Origin: a bacterium
GTDB taxonomy: Bacteria; Patescibacteriota; Minisyncoccia; Phycocordibacterales; UBA9973
Assembly: GCA_037143195.1 (NCBI GenBank)
Contig: JBAWZD010000002.1
Span: 3,206-67,205, forward strand
Direction of reading: 5' to 3'
DNA: 64,000 nucleotides
This document shows, piece after piece, positions 1 to 8,550 of the stretch (position 1 is its first letter; each line of letters starts with the position of its first letter). A program made the translations under genes and the position numbers. The notes under the pieces were generated by a model. The model made no database searches, had not been told where the DNA came from, and saw only the letters and a list, made by a program, of their open reading frames with translations.

Positions 1-1265
1 TTTGTGAGCGGGAAATATTCCATTGCGAGGGTCTCGTTGTATCCATGCGGAGACATATCCCCCGGGAAAAATGTTCCATACGTTCCGTCAGCAATCATTG
101 ACGCAACAATTTTTTGTTTGAGTACGTCGTACTCTTCTTTTGTATATGCTTTGTTTAAAATAGAATACTTTGCTTGATTCAAACGAATGCACCCAAAACA
201 CGCAGTCGAATTGTAACAACTGTCAGAATATTCACATTCGTTTGAATACATAACGTAGATAGAATGTTTTGATTTGCTCGTCTGAAGAATCCCCATCATG
301 TCATAACACAATTCTGGTTTGTAGTAGACATTGTTGCAGTCCTGACAATCAATCGGCTGTTCGCTGTCTGCCATGTAGGAAGAATTCTTTGTGTCGGAGG
401 CATCAAAGAGACGCACGCCTTCGTGACAATTGAACATATAGTCCCCTGTCGCATTGTGACACTTGGTCGAAGTCGCATATTTTACGATTGATTGTGCCTT
501 CAATTTTGCATACTCTCGTTTGGCTTCTTCGATTGATTCATAACTACTCAAAATTTCAGCTTTTTTCTGTTCATATTCTTCCTTGGTACATTTCTGGTTG
601 AAGATCGAATAGTTCATGTGACGACCGTTCGTACAGAAAATACAATTTTGTGAATCACGCAAATCAAAACAAAAGAGCAAATCGGTCGAGCTCTGACACT
701 GTTCAGAATACAGACACTTGAAACATTGCCTGCAATCAATACATTCATAACAAAGTTCTGAATCATACACGAATGCACAATCACACACCTGCTTGCTCCG
801 CATGATGAGACGCGAATACATCGAGTCCTCGTTCTGCTCAGCTGCAAAAATGAGGTAGCAATCTTTGTTGTCGGCAGCGTTGTTTGTGTAATCACTGCGC
901 ACCGAATCAATCACGAGCAGCGCAATGCGTGGAACTCTAGATTGCAGTTCGCGGAATTGCTCGAGAAATGGTCGAGTCTCATCGAGGTCCATCGCATACT
1001 CGCGTGGGTCCCATTTGTCACTCCACCAACACGTGTGACAGTACACAGGAAAAGCAGTTCCGCTCGGATAGAGCGAAATACTGTCCTTTTGACACAAATC
1101 ACATACACGTTTGTAGAGCGTGCGTTCATTGCGATATGCGAGACGTCGCGCCATGCGACAGTCCGGACACAGTTTTGGAAGCGGAGCATTCACCTGCTCG
1201 TAAAACACCTGATCCTCAGGACGGATTACGAATTCTTTCGAGCACGTAGCGCAGGTTTTTGTCAT
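1..1265 (-). CDS. Cys-rich zinc-ribbon-repeat protein (partial, C-terminus beyond window start); paralog of 57086..58870
   Basis: Hand translation of the minus strand from the ATG at 1265..1263 gives MTKTCATCSKEFVIRPEDQVFYEQVNAPLPKLCPDCRMARRLAYRNERTLYKRVCDLCQKD...CYECIDCRQCFKC...MEYFPLT with no stop down to position 3. It is collinear with the 57086 protein (MDETKTCQNCSKQF...RRLAFRNERGLYKRKCDFSG...QEYFPLT). It is missing from the ORF track because no stop codon falls inside the window. The listed ORFs 296..478, 614..910 and 911..1189 are out-of-frame shadows. Confidence 0.6.
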   Translation of the reverse strand, partial: MTKTCATCSKEFVIRPEDQVFYEQVNAPLPKLCPDCRMARRLAYRNERTLYKRVCDLCQKDSISLYPSGTAFPVYCHTCWWSDKWDPREYAMDLDETRPFLEQFRELQSRVPRIALLVIDSVRSDYTNNAADNKDCYLIFAAEQNEDSMYSRLIMRSKQVCDCAFVYDSELCYECIDCRQCFKCLYSEQCQSSTDLLFCFDLRDSQNCIFCTNGRHMNYSIFNQKCTKEEYEQKKAEILSSYESIEEAKREYAKLKAQSIVKYATSTKCHNATGDYMFNCHEGVRLFDASDTKNSSYMADSEQPIDCQDCNNVYYKPELCYDMMGILQTSKSKHSIYVMYSNECEYSDSCYNSTACFGCIRLNQAKYSILNKAYTKEEYDVLKQKIVASMIADGTYGTFFPGDMSPHGYNETLAMEYFPLT

Positions 1266-1283
1266 ACTTTTCGAGTATACACC

Positions 1284-3692
1284 TTATTTCAACTCACCCC
1301 AATTGTCGCCTGCCGAGACATGCACTTCGAGTGGCACTGAGCGTCGGCCTTTGAGAAACTCCTTTGGGATTACATTTTTCATAGCATTCTCGACGAGGAC
1401 GGAAACTTTTGCGACATCGCTTTCTTTGACTTCGTACACGAGCTCGTCGTGGACTTGGAGGACGAGATGTGCGGAATCAATCAGATGCTCTGTGCGGAGC
1501 GCTTCATCTGCTGCGCGGATCGCAATCTTGATACAGTCGGCAGCCGTGCCTTGGAGCGGAGCGTTCCCTGCCTGACGCTCAGCACTCGCGCGAAGATATG
1601 GGAGCGGCGAACGGAGATCTTTGAAATTGCGTCTGCGTCCAAAAAGCGTTTCCGTATAATTGTGTTTCTTGGCAAACTCGACGACGCTGTCAGAATACTC
1701 ACGAATCTTTGGAAAACTTGCGAAATACGCATCGTGAAATTCCTGCGCTTCTTTGCGCGACGTGCCGAGATTTTGTTGGAGGGCAGTCACACCCATACCG
1801 TACAGAATGCCGAAGTTGATGACTTTGGCAGTGCGGCGCATGTCGTGTGTGACTTCATTTTCTGGTACATGAAAGACCCGACTCGCCACAGCCGAATGCA
1901 CGTCTTTGCCTGCTTCAAATGTGTCGATCAAATAGTCGTCACCCGACATGAGTGCGGCAACACGAAGTTCGATTTGTGAGTAATCAAATGCGACAAGTTT
2001 ATAGCCGTCCGCTGCGACAAACGCCTCGCGGATTTGCTTGGCGAGACCGTCGCTCCCTGGAATATTTTGCAGATTGGGATTTTGAGAATTGAATCGTCCG
2101 GTCGTCGTACCAGCTTGATTGAATGTGGCATGAATTCGTCCACCCTCATCTACCTGAGCCGGAAGCACATCAATATATGTGGAGAGCAATTTTGAGAGTT
2201 CACGATAGCGCAAAATCTCATCAATGATTGGGTGCATACCTTTCAATTTCTGAAGTTCACTTTCGCGTGTGGAGCGCGCACCACCTTCAGTCTTTTTGAG
2301 TTTGGTTCCTGTGCCTTCGCCAACTTTCAATTCATCAAAGAGGATTTCACCGAGCTGTTTGGGTGAATTGATATTAAAATCACGTCCAGCGAATGCTTTG
2401 ATACGTTTCTCGATACCATCGAGTTCGGTATGGCCAATCTCGGCGAGTTTTGCCATTTTTTTAACATCGAGCTTCACTCCATACTTCTCCATATTCTCGA
2501 TGACTGACATGATTGGAAGTTCAATATTTTCGTACACATATGTCAGCCCTTTGTCTCGGATATCTGCGAGGATTTTTGTTTCCGCTTCGGCGAGTTTTTT
2601 GGCTCCTCCGTAATACAAAATATCTTCTGGCGTCGGATTGTTGAGATCCGAATTCAGGAGCCACAATGCAAGACTGAGTTTTTTGAACTGTATCGGGTCA
2701 ATTGATTCCTTTTGTTCATTGACGCCAGTAGCACCGTCGGCGCCAGCATCACTCTTCGGACTCACCCCAAACAATGTGTGCACGCGAGGTGTAAGCGCGC
2801 GGAATTCGAGTTCACGAAACAGCGTCTCGACTTTTGCGAGATCGGCAGATTCTTGAAATGTTTTTTCTGGGACAACGAAATCAATCGGAGCATCTCGACG
2901 AATCGTCGCGAGCGTTTTTGAAAAGAGCGCCTCCTCTTCCCCGTTTTTCAAAAGTTCGACGATGCGTGGCTTCACGACCTTCGCGACTTCGGCTTCATCT
3001 TTCTGTAATTTTTTGTAGATTGATTCAATCGAGCCAAACTGCGTAATCAAATCTGTTGCGGTTTTTTCTCCAATGCCAGCGATACCAATAATATTGTCGG
3101 ATGGATCACCACGAAGTCCCTTATAGTCAGGCAACAATTTAGGACCAAACCCAAACCGCGCCTTCACGGCATCTTCGTCATACATGACAGTATCGTTGAG
3201 CCCTTTCTTGAGTGTAAAAACTTGAACCTTTGTGCTGTCGACAAGCTGAAGCGTATCCATATCGCCAGACGCAATCACGATTTCGATATTTTTGTCGGCC
3301 TGCATTTTCTCAACAATCGTCCCGAGAATGTCGTCAGCCTCAAAGCCCGGAGCATCGTACATCGGAATATTAAACGCTTCAAAAATTCGGCGGGAGCTAA
3401 TAATCTGAGCCACAAGTCCTTCATCAGCTTTCTGGCGAGTGCCTTTGTACGCTTCATACGCCTCATGACGAAATGTTTTCTGTGGGAGGTCGTAACAGGC
3501 AACGATATAGTCAGGTTTGAGATCAGTGGCAATCTTCATGAGCATGGCACTAATGCCATAGAGAGCGCCGGTGGGCTCACCTTTTGAGTTCGAGAAGTCA
3601 GGCATCGCGTGATATGCGCGGTGGATGATGGCGTGAGCGTCAAGGAGCACAAGGCGCTTTTTAGTGTTTTTGGATGCGGTTTTTGCGGACAT
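1284..3692 (-). CDS. polA: DNA polymerase I (5'-3' exonuclease + polymerase domains)
   Basis: The N-terminal 5'-nuclease motif is KRLVLLDAHAIIHRAYHAMP. Pol A family motifs RRTAKVINFGILYGMG and HVLQVHDELVYEV are present. The likely ATG start is at 3692 (MSAKTASK...); the ORF track extends to a TTG at 3719. Confidence 0.95.
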   Translation of the reverse strand: MSAKTASKNTKKRLVLLDAHAIIHRAYHAMPDFSNSKGEPTGALYGISAMLMKIATDLKPDYIVACYDLPQKTFRHEAYEAYKGTRQKADEGLVAQIISSRRIFEAFNIPMYDAPGFEADDILGTIVEKMQADKNIEIVIASGDMDTLQLVDSTKVQVFTLKKGLNDTVMYDEDAVKARFGFGPKLLPDYKGLRGDPSDNIIGIAGIGEKTATDLITQFGSIESIYKKLQKDEAEVAKVVKPRIVELLKNGEEEALFSKTLATIRRDAPIDFVVPEKTFQESADLAKVETLFRELEFRALTPRVHTLFGVSPKSDAGADGATGVNEQKESIDPIQFKKLSLALWLLNSDLNNPTPEDILYYGGAKKLAEAETKILADIRDKGLTYVYENIELPIMSVIENMEKYGVKLDVKKMAKLAEIGHTELDGIEKRIKAFAGRDFNINSPKQLGEILFDELKVGEGTGTKLKKTEGGARSTRESELQKLKGMHPIIDEILRYRELSKLLSTYIDVLPAQVDEGGRIHATFNQAGTTTGRFNSQNPNLQNIPGSDGLAKQIREAFVAADGYKLVAFDYSQIELRVAALMSGDDYLIDTFEAGKDVHSAVASRVFHVPENEVTHDMRRTAKVINFGILYGMGVTALQQNLGTSRKEAQEFHDAYFASFPKIREYSDSVVEFAKKHNYTETLFGRRRNFKDLRSPLPYLRASAERQAGNAPLQGTAADCIKIAIRAADEALRTEHLIDSAHLVLQVHDELVYEVKESDVAKVSVLVENAMKNVIPKEFLKGRRSVPLEVHVSAGDNWGELK

Positions 3693-3768
3693 GCCTGAAG
3701 TATACTCGGAGTCGCCCAAAAAGAGAAAAGGCTAATTCTAGTAGAGAGAATTAGCCTTAGTATTTTTT

Positions 3769-3969
3769 TTAGTGGTTGTATCCACTTTTATACTTTGACC
3801 CCTCATCATCGAGATAAATCTTTTTTGCGAGATATATCCACAGGAGGATGCTCGCCTTAACCTTGCCGCTACGGATGTCTTTCCCGTAGCGCCCAATGAT
3901 GCAAAAAATCAAAAGCCCCAAGAGAACCGCCCATTCGAGCGGTGCTTCTGGATCTAAAGAGAATCCCAT
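3769..3969 (-). CDS. small predicted membrane protein (hypothetical)
   Basis: A 66-76 aa ORF sits tightly between tsaE and polA on the same strand. It has one hydrophobic helix, AVLLGLLIFCIIG. No recognizable family. Confidence 0.3.
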   Translation of the reverse strand: MGFSLDPEAPLEWAVLLGLLIFCIIGRYGKDIRSGKVKASILLWIYLAKKIYLDDEGSKYKSGYNH

Positions 3970-4002
3970 TTGTTGTAATTCAAGCACAAAACGAATCACT
4001 AA

Positions 4003-4446
4003 TCAAAAAACAATGTGACGTTCATTCTCGTCGACATGTGACAATGCCACGTGGTGTACTTTTTGATGCATGAGTTCAGGAACTTTTTCGGGCCATTCGA
4101 TAATGATGAGATTGTTTGGATTCGCTGTTAGTTCAGCCCAACCGAGTCGTTCGAGCTCGCGCGATGATTCGAGACGATATGCATCGATGTGGATGAGCGC
4201 GGAAAATACTCCCCCACTTTTCAATTTTGGTATTTCATATTTTTTCATGATGACGAATGTCGGCGAGATGAGTTGATCTTTGATGCCGAGTTCGCGAGCG
4301 AGTGTTTGAGTGAGCGTGGTTTTGCCTGCGCCGAGGTCGCCGGAGAGCGCGACGATAGTCGCGCTCTCCTCACGACCACGCGAAAGAGCACCGAGTAATT
4401 CACGTGCCACAGTCGTAATTTCATCTTTTGAAAACGTTGTATTCAT
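4003..4446 (-). CDS. tsaE: tRNA threonylcarbamoyladenosine biosynthesis ATPase TsaE
   Basis: The P-loop is ALSGDLGAGKTTLTQTLARELGI, and the protein is about 148 aa. The ATG is at 4446..4444 (MNTTFSKDE). The N-terminal extension in the ORF track overlaps the upstream gene and is not coding. Confidence 0.85.
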   Translation of the reverse strand: MNTTFSKDEITTVARELLGALSRGREESATIVALSGDLGAGKTTLTQTLARELGIKDQLISPTFVIMKKYEIPKLKSGGVFSALIHIDAYRLESSRELERLGWAELTANPNNLIIIEWPEKVPELMHQKVHHVALSHVDENERHIVF

Positions 4447-4547
4447 TTGCTCCCGAAATACTAACACGGCGCGCTTCCTGTCGGAAGCGCGCCGTGTATA
4501 GTTTGGCATTATCGGATTTTGGACCCGAGTGAAAACAATCCTAAAGC

Positions 4548-7526
4548 TTAGTGAGGCAAATGATCGCCTTGGTAACCACCATTCTGCGGAGCCTGTTGCT
4601 GGCTTGGAGCCTGCGGTGCACCGTAGTACTGATGCACGACTGGCTGAGTAGCCATACGCTGTGCATTTGCACGGTGGTAGTAGTAGCGAGCAATGAGGAT
4701 CAAGAGAAGGATCAAACCGAGGAGCAAGACCCATCCGAGGAATGTTGTTGGGAAGAATCCTGCACCGAAGAATGCAAGGCCGGCAAGACCGACGCCATTC
4801 ATAACCGGAGTTCCAACATTGTTCAAGACATACGCGATCGCACTATCCTGCGCCTTCGAAGGAGCAGTAAATGCGAGCGTTGCTGTCGTAACAAGATTAT
4901 TGCCATTTGTTACGTTTGCATCAGCGACTGCCATGATAGTGATTGTTCCTTGTGCGTTTGGAGCAAGTGTTCCAAGAGCAGCTGCAACCGTATTATTGGT
5001 TGTGAGCATTCCCTGTGAAGCTTGCTTAAATGTTACGCCAGTTGGAAGGATCACGTTGAGCACTGCGTTCGAAAGTGTTGATTTCGAAATGTTCTGGTAC
5101 ATGACAGTGTAGGTAATCGCGTCGCCAGGAGCAACTGTCTGGAATTGATCAGTGATCGAAAGGGACACATATGATGAACCACCACCAGTTCCTGAAACAT
5201 ATTTCGTGACAACGACAGGGGTCGTATCGTTCAAATCTGGTGTTGTAAACGAGATGATTGAACCTGAGTACTGCATGCCTCCCGAGAGAGCGACGATGCG
5301 GTAGTAGTACGTCGTGTTTGGACTCGTTGTGATTGTGTCAAAGTAGTTTGTCGCAGTCACACTTGAGAGTGTCTGACCTGAAGTCTGACTTCCCAAAGCC
5401 TGTGATGTTCCGTATTCGAAGTGCACCGTTCCCGTTGCATATTGCTGTCCTGCAATCACGAGACCGTTCAAGCGGACTGAGTATGAAGCAACGTTTGTTG
5501 CAAGCGATGTGATCGCAGCGAACGATGTTGAGCCACCACCATTTGTTACAAACGAAAGTGTTGAACCGTAGTTTGTTCCGTACGAATTTGTTCCAACGAG
5601 CTGGAAGTAGTACGTCGTGTTTGGAAGAAGATTTGTGAGATATGCCGAGACAGCTCCTGATGTTGTCATCATTGACTGTGTCGGAGTCTGACTGTAGAGA
5701 TTGTACTGGTTCGTTCCGTAGAGGAAGTAATATGTTCCGTTCGTACATGAGTACGTCGAGTAGTAACAATTTGAACTGTTGTTTGAGATGTAGCCGTTCA
5801 ACGTAGCGCTTGTATTCGTTGTTGACGTTGCGCTGTTTGTTGTAACACTTGGAGAAGTGTTGGTCAGATTGTTGTACGAGTAGATTGTCGTTGTTTGGTT
5901 CAAATTGTTTGAGCCATAGGAACCATATCCGGTGAGGGTATATGTCGCAGAACTATTACTACCCCAGAGTGGAGCGGTTGTGATCGTTCCTGAGAGCTGT
6001 GAGGAAATAAATCCGTTTGGTCCCGAGACCGAAACTGAACTACATCCTGAGGTCCACCATGTGATCGTTGTCGTTGCACCATTTGAGACTTGCGGCTGTG
6101 TTGGTGTAATTGTCCCTGTACAGTAATTGTTGCTTGCTGTTGTGACAGTGATTTGCTGTGTTGGAGCAGTCATCGAACCATTTGAAGCAGTCATTGTGTA
6201 CTGGTTCAATCCATAGATTGCGCCAGTAACAGTTGAATATGACGAGACTTGTGAAGGGATTGACGTTGTGTAGTAAACGTTCGGTCCAGAAATCGAGACT
6301 GAAGTACAACCTTGTGTTGTCCAATAGAGTGTTGCTGTTGCTCCAGAAGAAACAGTTCCCGGTCCAGAAAAGTTTGTAATCTGACATGAAGCAACTGTTG
6401 GGATCGTGATTGAAACAGTCATTTGTACTGGTGTTCCATCAGCGCGGTATCCCTGTACAACGAAATTGTTCGAAGTATTCGTCAAAGCGCCAGTACTGAT
6501 AGAGCCAGATTGACCCCATCCGATAGTACCCTGTGGACCAGCGACCGTAACTCCGTTACAGCCAGAACTCGTCCAGCGCAACATTGTTGAACCGCCACTT
6601 GTGACAGTGTACTGATCAGCCGTCATGTTTACGGTACAGGTAGCATTATTTGTCACCGTCACAAACTGTGTTTGCGGAACAGCAGAAGTGTCTCCGTTCC
6701 CTCCGTTTATAGTAAATGTCGTGTTTTGTGTAAGCGGTCCACTCGACTGATTCCCGTTCAAAGCAGTTGAACTGAAGCCGTTTGTTCCTGTAACAGTGAC
6801 GTAGGTACACCCAACGCCGGAAGTCCAATTAAGCTGAGTTGCATTTCCACTCTGAACATTTGTTGGACTTGCAGTAAGACTCAAAGAACATGAAGGATTT
6901 GTTGTCTGACTCACGGTGAAGTTCACAAAAAGTCGTCCCTCGTGACACCATGCGTTTCGAACTGTTCCGGTTACAGGACAATCCATATACCCCGAAACAG
7001 ACCCGAGGTTCAAACCATTTCCAAAAAGTTCTGCACCGGTCTGACCATTTGGAAGTGGTGTTGTCATCATTCCTGTTGAGCCACCCTGATCTTTGTACCA
7101 AACAACTGATTGAAAGGTAAGATTCGATGGAACAGAAAAGCTTACGTTGCCAGTCGATGAGGCAGTCGCAGCATTTGATGCTGAGATAGAACCAGAGAAT
7201 GTCTGATTCGAAGTGTGCGTCGCTGTCTGTGGCGAAAGACGAATAACGACATTGTTTGCCGTGTCTGTGCCCGTATTGTGATAGTCAATGATTACATTGA
7301 CACTAGTATCTCCTGCACTTGAGACAGAAGTTGGATAACAGGTGTGTCCACTGTGTGAGGTCGACGGTGTTGCCACCATGACGACAGGACAGTCGGAACC
7401 AGCTCCCCCAATCGAGTTGTCGTTAAATGATGCAGCGCGCGCATTTGGCACGATCATCATAAAACCAACCACAGCGAGTGTAGCGAGCGTATACGAATAT
7501 ATTTTTTTCATACTAATTGAATTCAT
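4548..7526 (-). CDS. large cell-surface protein: signal peptide, 4 tandem Ig-like repeats, DUF11-like domain, C-terminal TM anchor and Q/P-rich tail
   Basis: The signal peptide is MKKIYSYTLATLAVVGFMMIVPNARA. Four divergent repeats of about 90 aa each begin C-x-(LTASPTNVQSGNATQLNWTSGVGC / TVNMTADQYTVTSGGSTMLRWTSSGC / QITNFSGPGTVSSGATATLYWTTQGC / TGTITPTQPQVSNGATTTITWWTSGC). The C-terminal hydrophobic segment is GLAGLAFFGAGFFPTTFLGWVLLLGLILLLILIA. The real start may be the inner ATG at 7511. Confidence 0.7.
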   Translation of the reverse strand: MNSISMKKIYSYTLATLAVVGFMMIVPNARAASFNDNSIGGAGSDCPVVMVATPSTSHSGHTCYPTSVSSAGDTSVNVIIDYHNTGTDTANNVVIRLSPQTATHTSNQTFSGSISASNAATASSTGNVSFSVPSNLTFQSVVWYKDQGGSTGMMTTPLPNGQTGAELFGNGLNLGSVSGYMDCPVTGTVRNAWCHEGRLFVNFTVSQTTNPSCSLSLTASPTNVQSGNATQLNWTSGVGCTYVTVTGTNGFSSTALNGNQSSGPLTQNTTFTINGGNGDTSAVPQTQFVTVTNNATCTVNMTADQYTVTSGGSTMLRWTSSGCNGVTVAGPQGTIGWGQSGSISTGALTNTSNNFVVQGYRADGTPVQMTVSITIPTVASCQITNFSGPGTVSSGATATLYWTTQGCTSVSISGPNVYYTTSIPSQVSSYSTVTGAIYGLNQYTMTASNGSMTAPTQQITVTTASNNYCTGTITPTQPQVSNGATTTITWWTSGCSSVSVSGPNGFISSQLSGTITTAPLWGSNSSATYTLTGYGSYGSNNLNQTTTIYSYNNLTNTSPSVTTNSATSTTNTSATLNGYISNNSSNCYYSTYSCTNGTYYFLYGTNQYNLYSQTPTQSMMTTSGAVSAYLTNLLPNTTYYFQLVGTNSYGTNYGSTLSFVTNGGGSTSFAAITSLATNVASYSVRLNGLVIAGQQYATGTVHFEYGTSQALGSQTSGQTLSSVTATNYFDTITTSPNTTYYYRIVALSGGMQYSGSIISFTTPDLNDTTPVVVTKYVSGTGGGSSYVSLSITDQFQTVAPGDAITYTVMYQNISKSTLSNAVLNVILPTGVTFKQASQGMLTTNNTVAAALGTLAPNAQGTITIMAVADANVTNGNNLVTTATLAFTAPSKAQDSAIAYVLNNVGTPVMNGVGLAGLAFFGAGFFPTTFLGWVLLLGLILLLILIARYYYHRANAQRMATQPVVHQYYGAPQAPSQQQAPQNGGYQGDHLPH

Positions 7527-7676
7527 GCTTCTAAAATCAAAACTAATAATCTTCTCGGTGTGTCATCTGACCGACGGCACCATCTCAATCTTTAACGTAT
7601 CCGTTCAAAACTGAGATTGTGCGACAAAGAGAATTGGATCCTCTTTGTCACATAAACATTTTTTAATTACCACTTT

Positions 7677-8438
7677 TTAATAACCACCGCCATTGGTGAT
7701 TCCGGAGCCACCGGCTCCATTGTTGTAGGTACCAAAATTATGGTACCCGTTTCCGACACCCCCACCATTCGTAATCGGGTATCGCACGTTGTGCGGTGCG
7801 GCCATACTGTGCCCACGGAAAGAATAATAGTTCCCATTGAAACGAGAATTATGATTCCTCGCAAGCGAGCCCATGTTGTGCACTTTCACTGCCCCACAAC
7901 TCAGAAATTCAATCACAAGAGATCCGATTGTCCCCACAGTATTGAGGACTGCATTGTAATTCTGCATGTGTCTGGTATGTTTATCCGACTGAATGCCGGA
8001 CTCCAACCATTGAATGTACTTATCCTCGGATATCGACCGAGTATTTCTGGGGACAAGCTCCGGATGGAGCTCCAGGAAGTTCGTTACGATAGCAACCGTG
8101 TCTGCCCAGTTACGAGCACCTACAAGAGCATCGATCTGAACTTTCTGTGATTTCACCTCTATTTTCATCTTGGCGAATTCCAACTCAAGGTCGCCCACCC
8201 TTTTGTCAAGGTCAGCGAAGTGCTCTTTGTCGTCTTTCTGCTGGGCTTCCAGCTTGTCGAGCCGTGCCAATATAATCTTGGTGGTCTTCGATAGGCCGCC
8301 ACTTTTTTTGTGGCACCCACACGCGCACGCCTTAGGCGGGCAATGGATCGTGCAGTGTTTGCATGTATCCTGAGCAAACGTCTTGTTTGCCCACATTCCT
8401 GCAATTACGAGCAGGAGAACTACTAGTATTCTTTTCAT
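7677..8438 (-). CDS. secreted protein: Cys/His cluster + coiled coil + Gly/Asn-rich tail (hypothetical)
   Basis: The signal peptide is MKRILVVLLLVIAGMWANKTFA, followed by CKHCTIHCPPKACACGCHKK. A coiled coil follows (LDKLEAQQKDDKEHFADLDKRVGDLELEFAKMKIEVKSQKVQIDAL). The C-terminus is NGGGVGNGYHNFGTYNNGAGGSGITNGGGY. The real ATG is at 8438; the longer ORF-track version overlaps pilB. Confidence 0.55.
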   Translation of the reverse strand: MKRILVVLLLVIAGMWANKTFAQDTCKHCTIHCPPKACACGCHKKSGGLSKTTKIILARLDKLEAQQKDDKEHFADLDKRVGDLELEFAKMKIEVKSQKVQIDALVGARNWADTVAIVTNFLELHPELVPRNTRSISEDKYIQWLESGIQSDKHTRHMQNYNAVLNTVGTIGSLVIEFLSCGAVKVHNMGSLARNHNSRFNGNYYSFRGHSMAAPHNVRYPITNGGGVGNGYHNFGTYNNGAGGSGITNGGGY

Positions 8439-8550
8439 AAATGAACATTTAGTTTTTTTACATTTGAATATATTATATATCATTTGTCTATAAAAGTCAA
8501 GGGCCTGTATCGCCTGAAGTTCCTTTGTGCGGTATACTATTTCTAGACCT

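Noticed and set aside
296-1189. Listed minus-strand ORFs 296..478, 614..910, 911..1189 and plus-strand ORFs 942..1340, 968..1249
   Set aside because: They are all out of frame with the long open minus-strand frame (ATG at 1265), which encodes a clear paralog of the 57086 Cys-rich protein. The listed ORFs are shadow frames.
4447-4734. N-terminal 96-aa extension of the tsaE ORF (and similar long N-terminal extensions on the 7677, tyrS, PBP, virB4, rpsO, hup and cca ORFs)
   Set aside because: The extensions overlap neighbouring genes or tRNAs and precede obvious internal ATG starts with the conserved N-termini. The ORF track also uses GTG/TTG starts. Starts were moved to the supported ATG.
4551-7101. 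Numerous antisense or alternative-frame ORFs inside the 4548..7526 surface-protein gene and other large genes
   Set aside because: They are fully contained within long well-supported ORFs on the opposite strand or frame. Their compositions are biased by the host gene codons.
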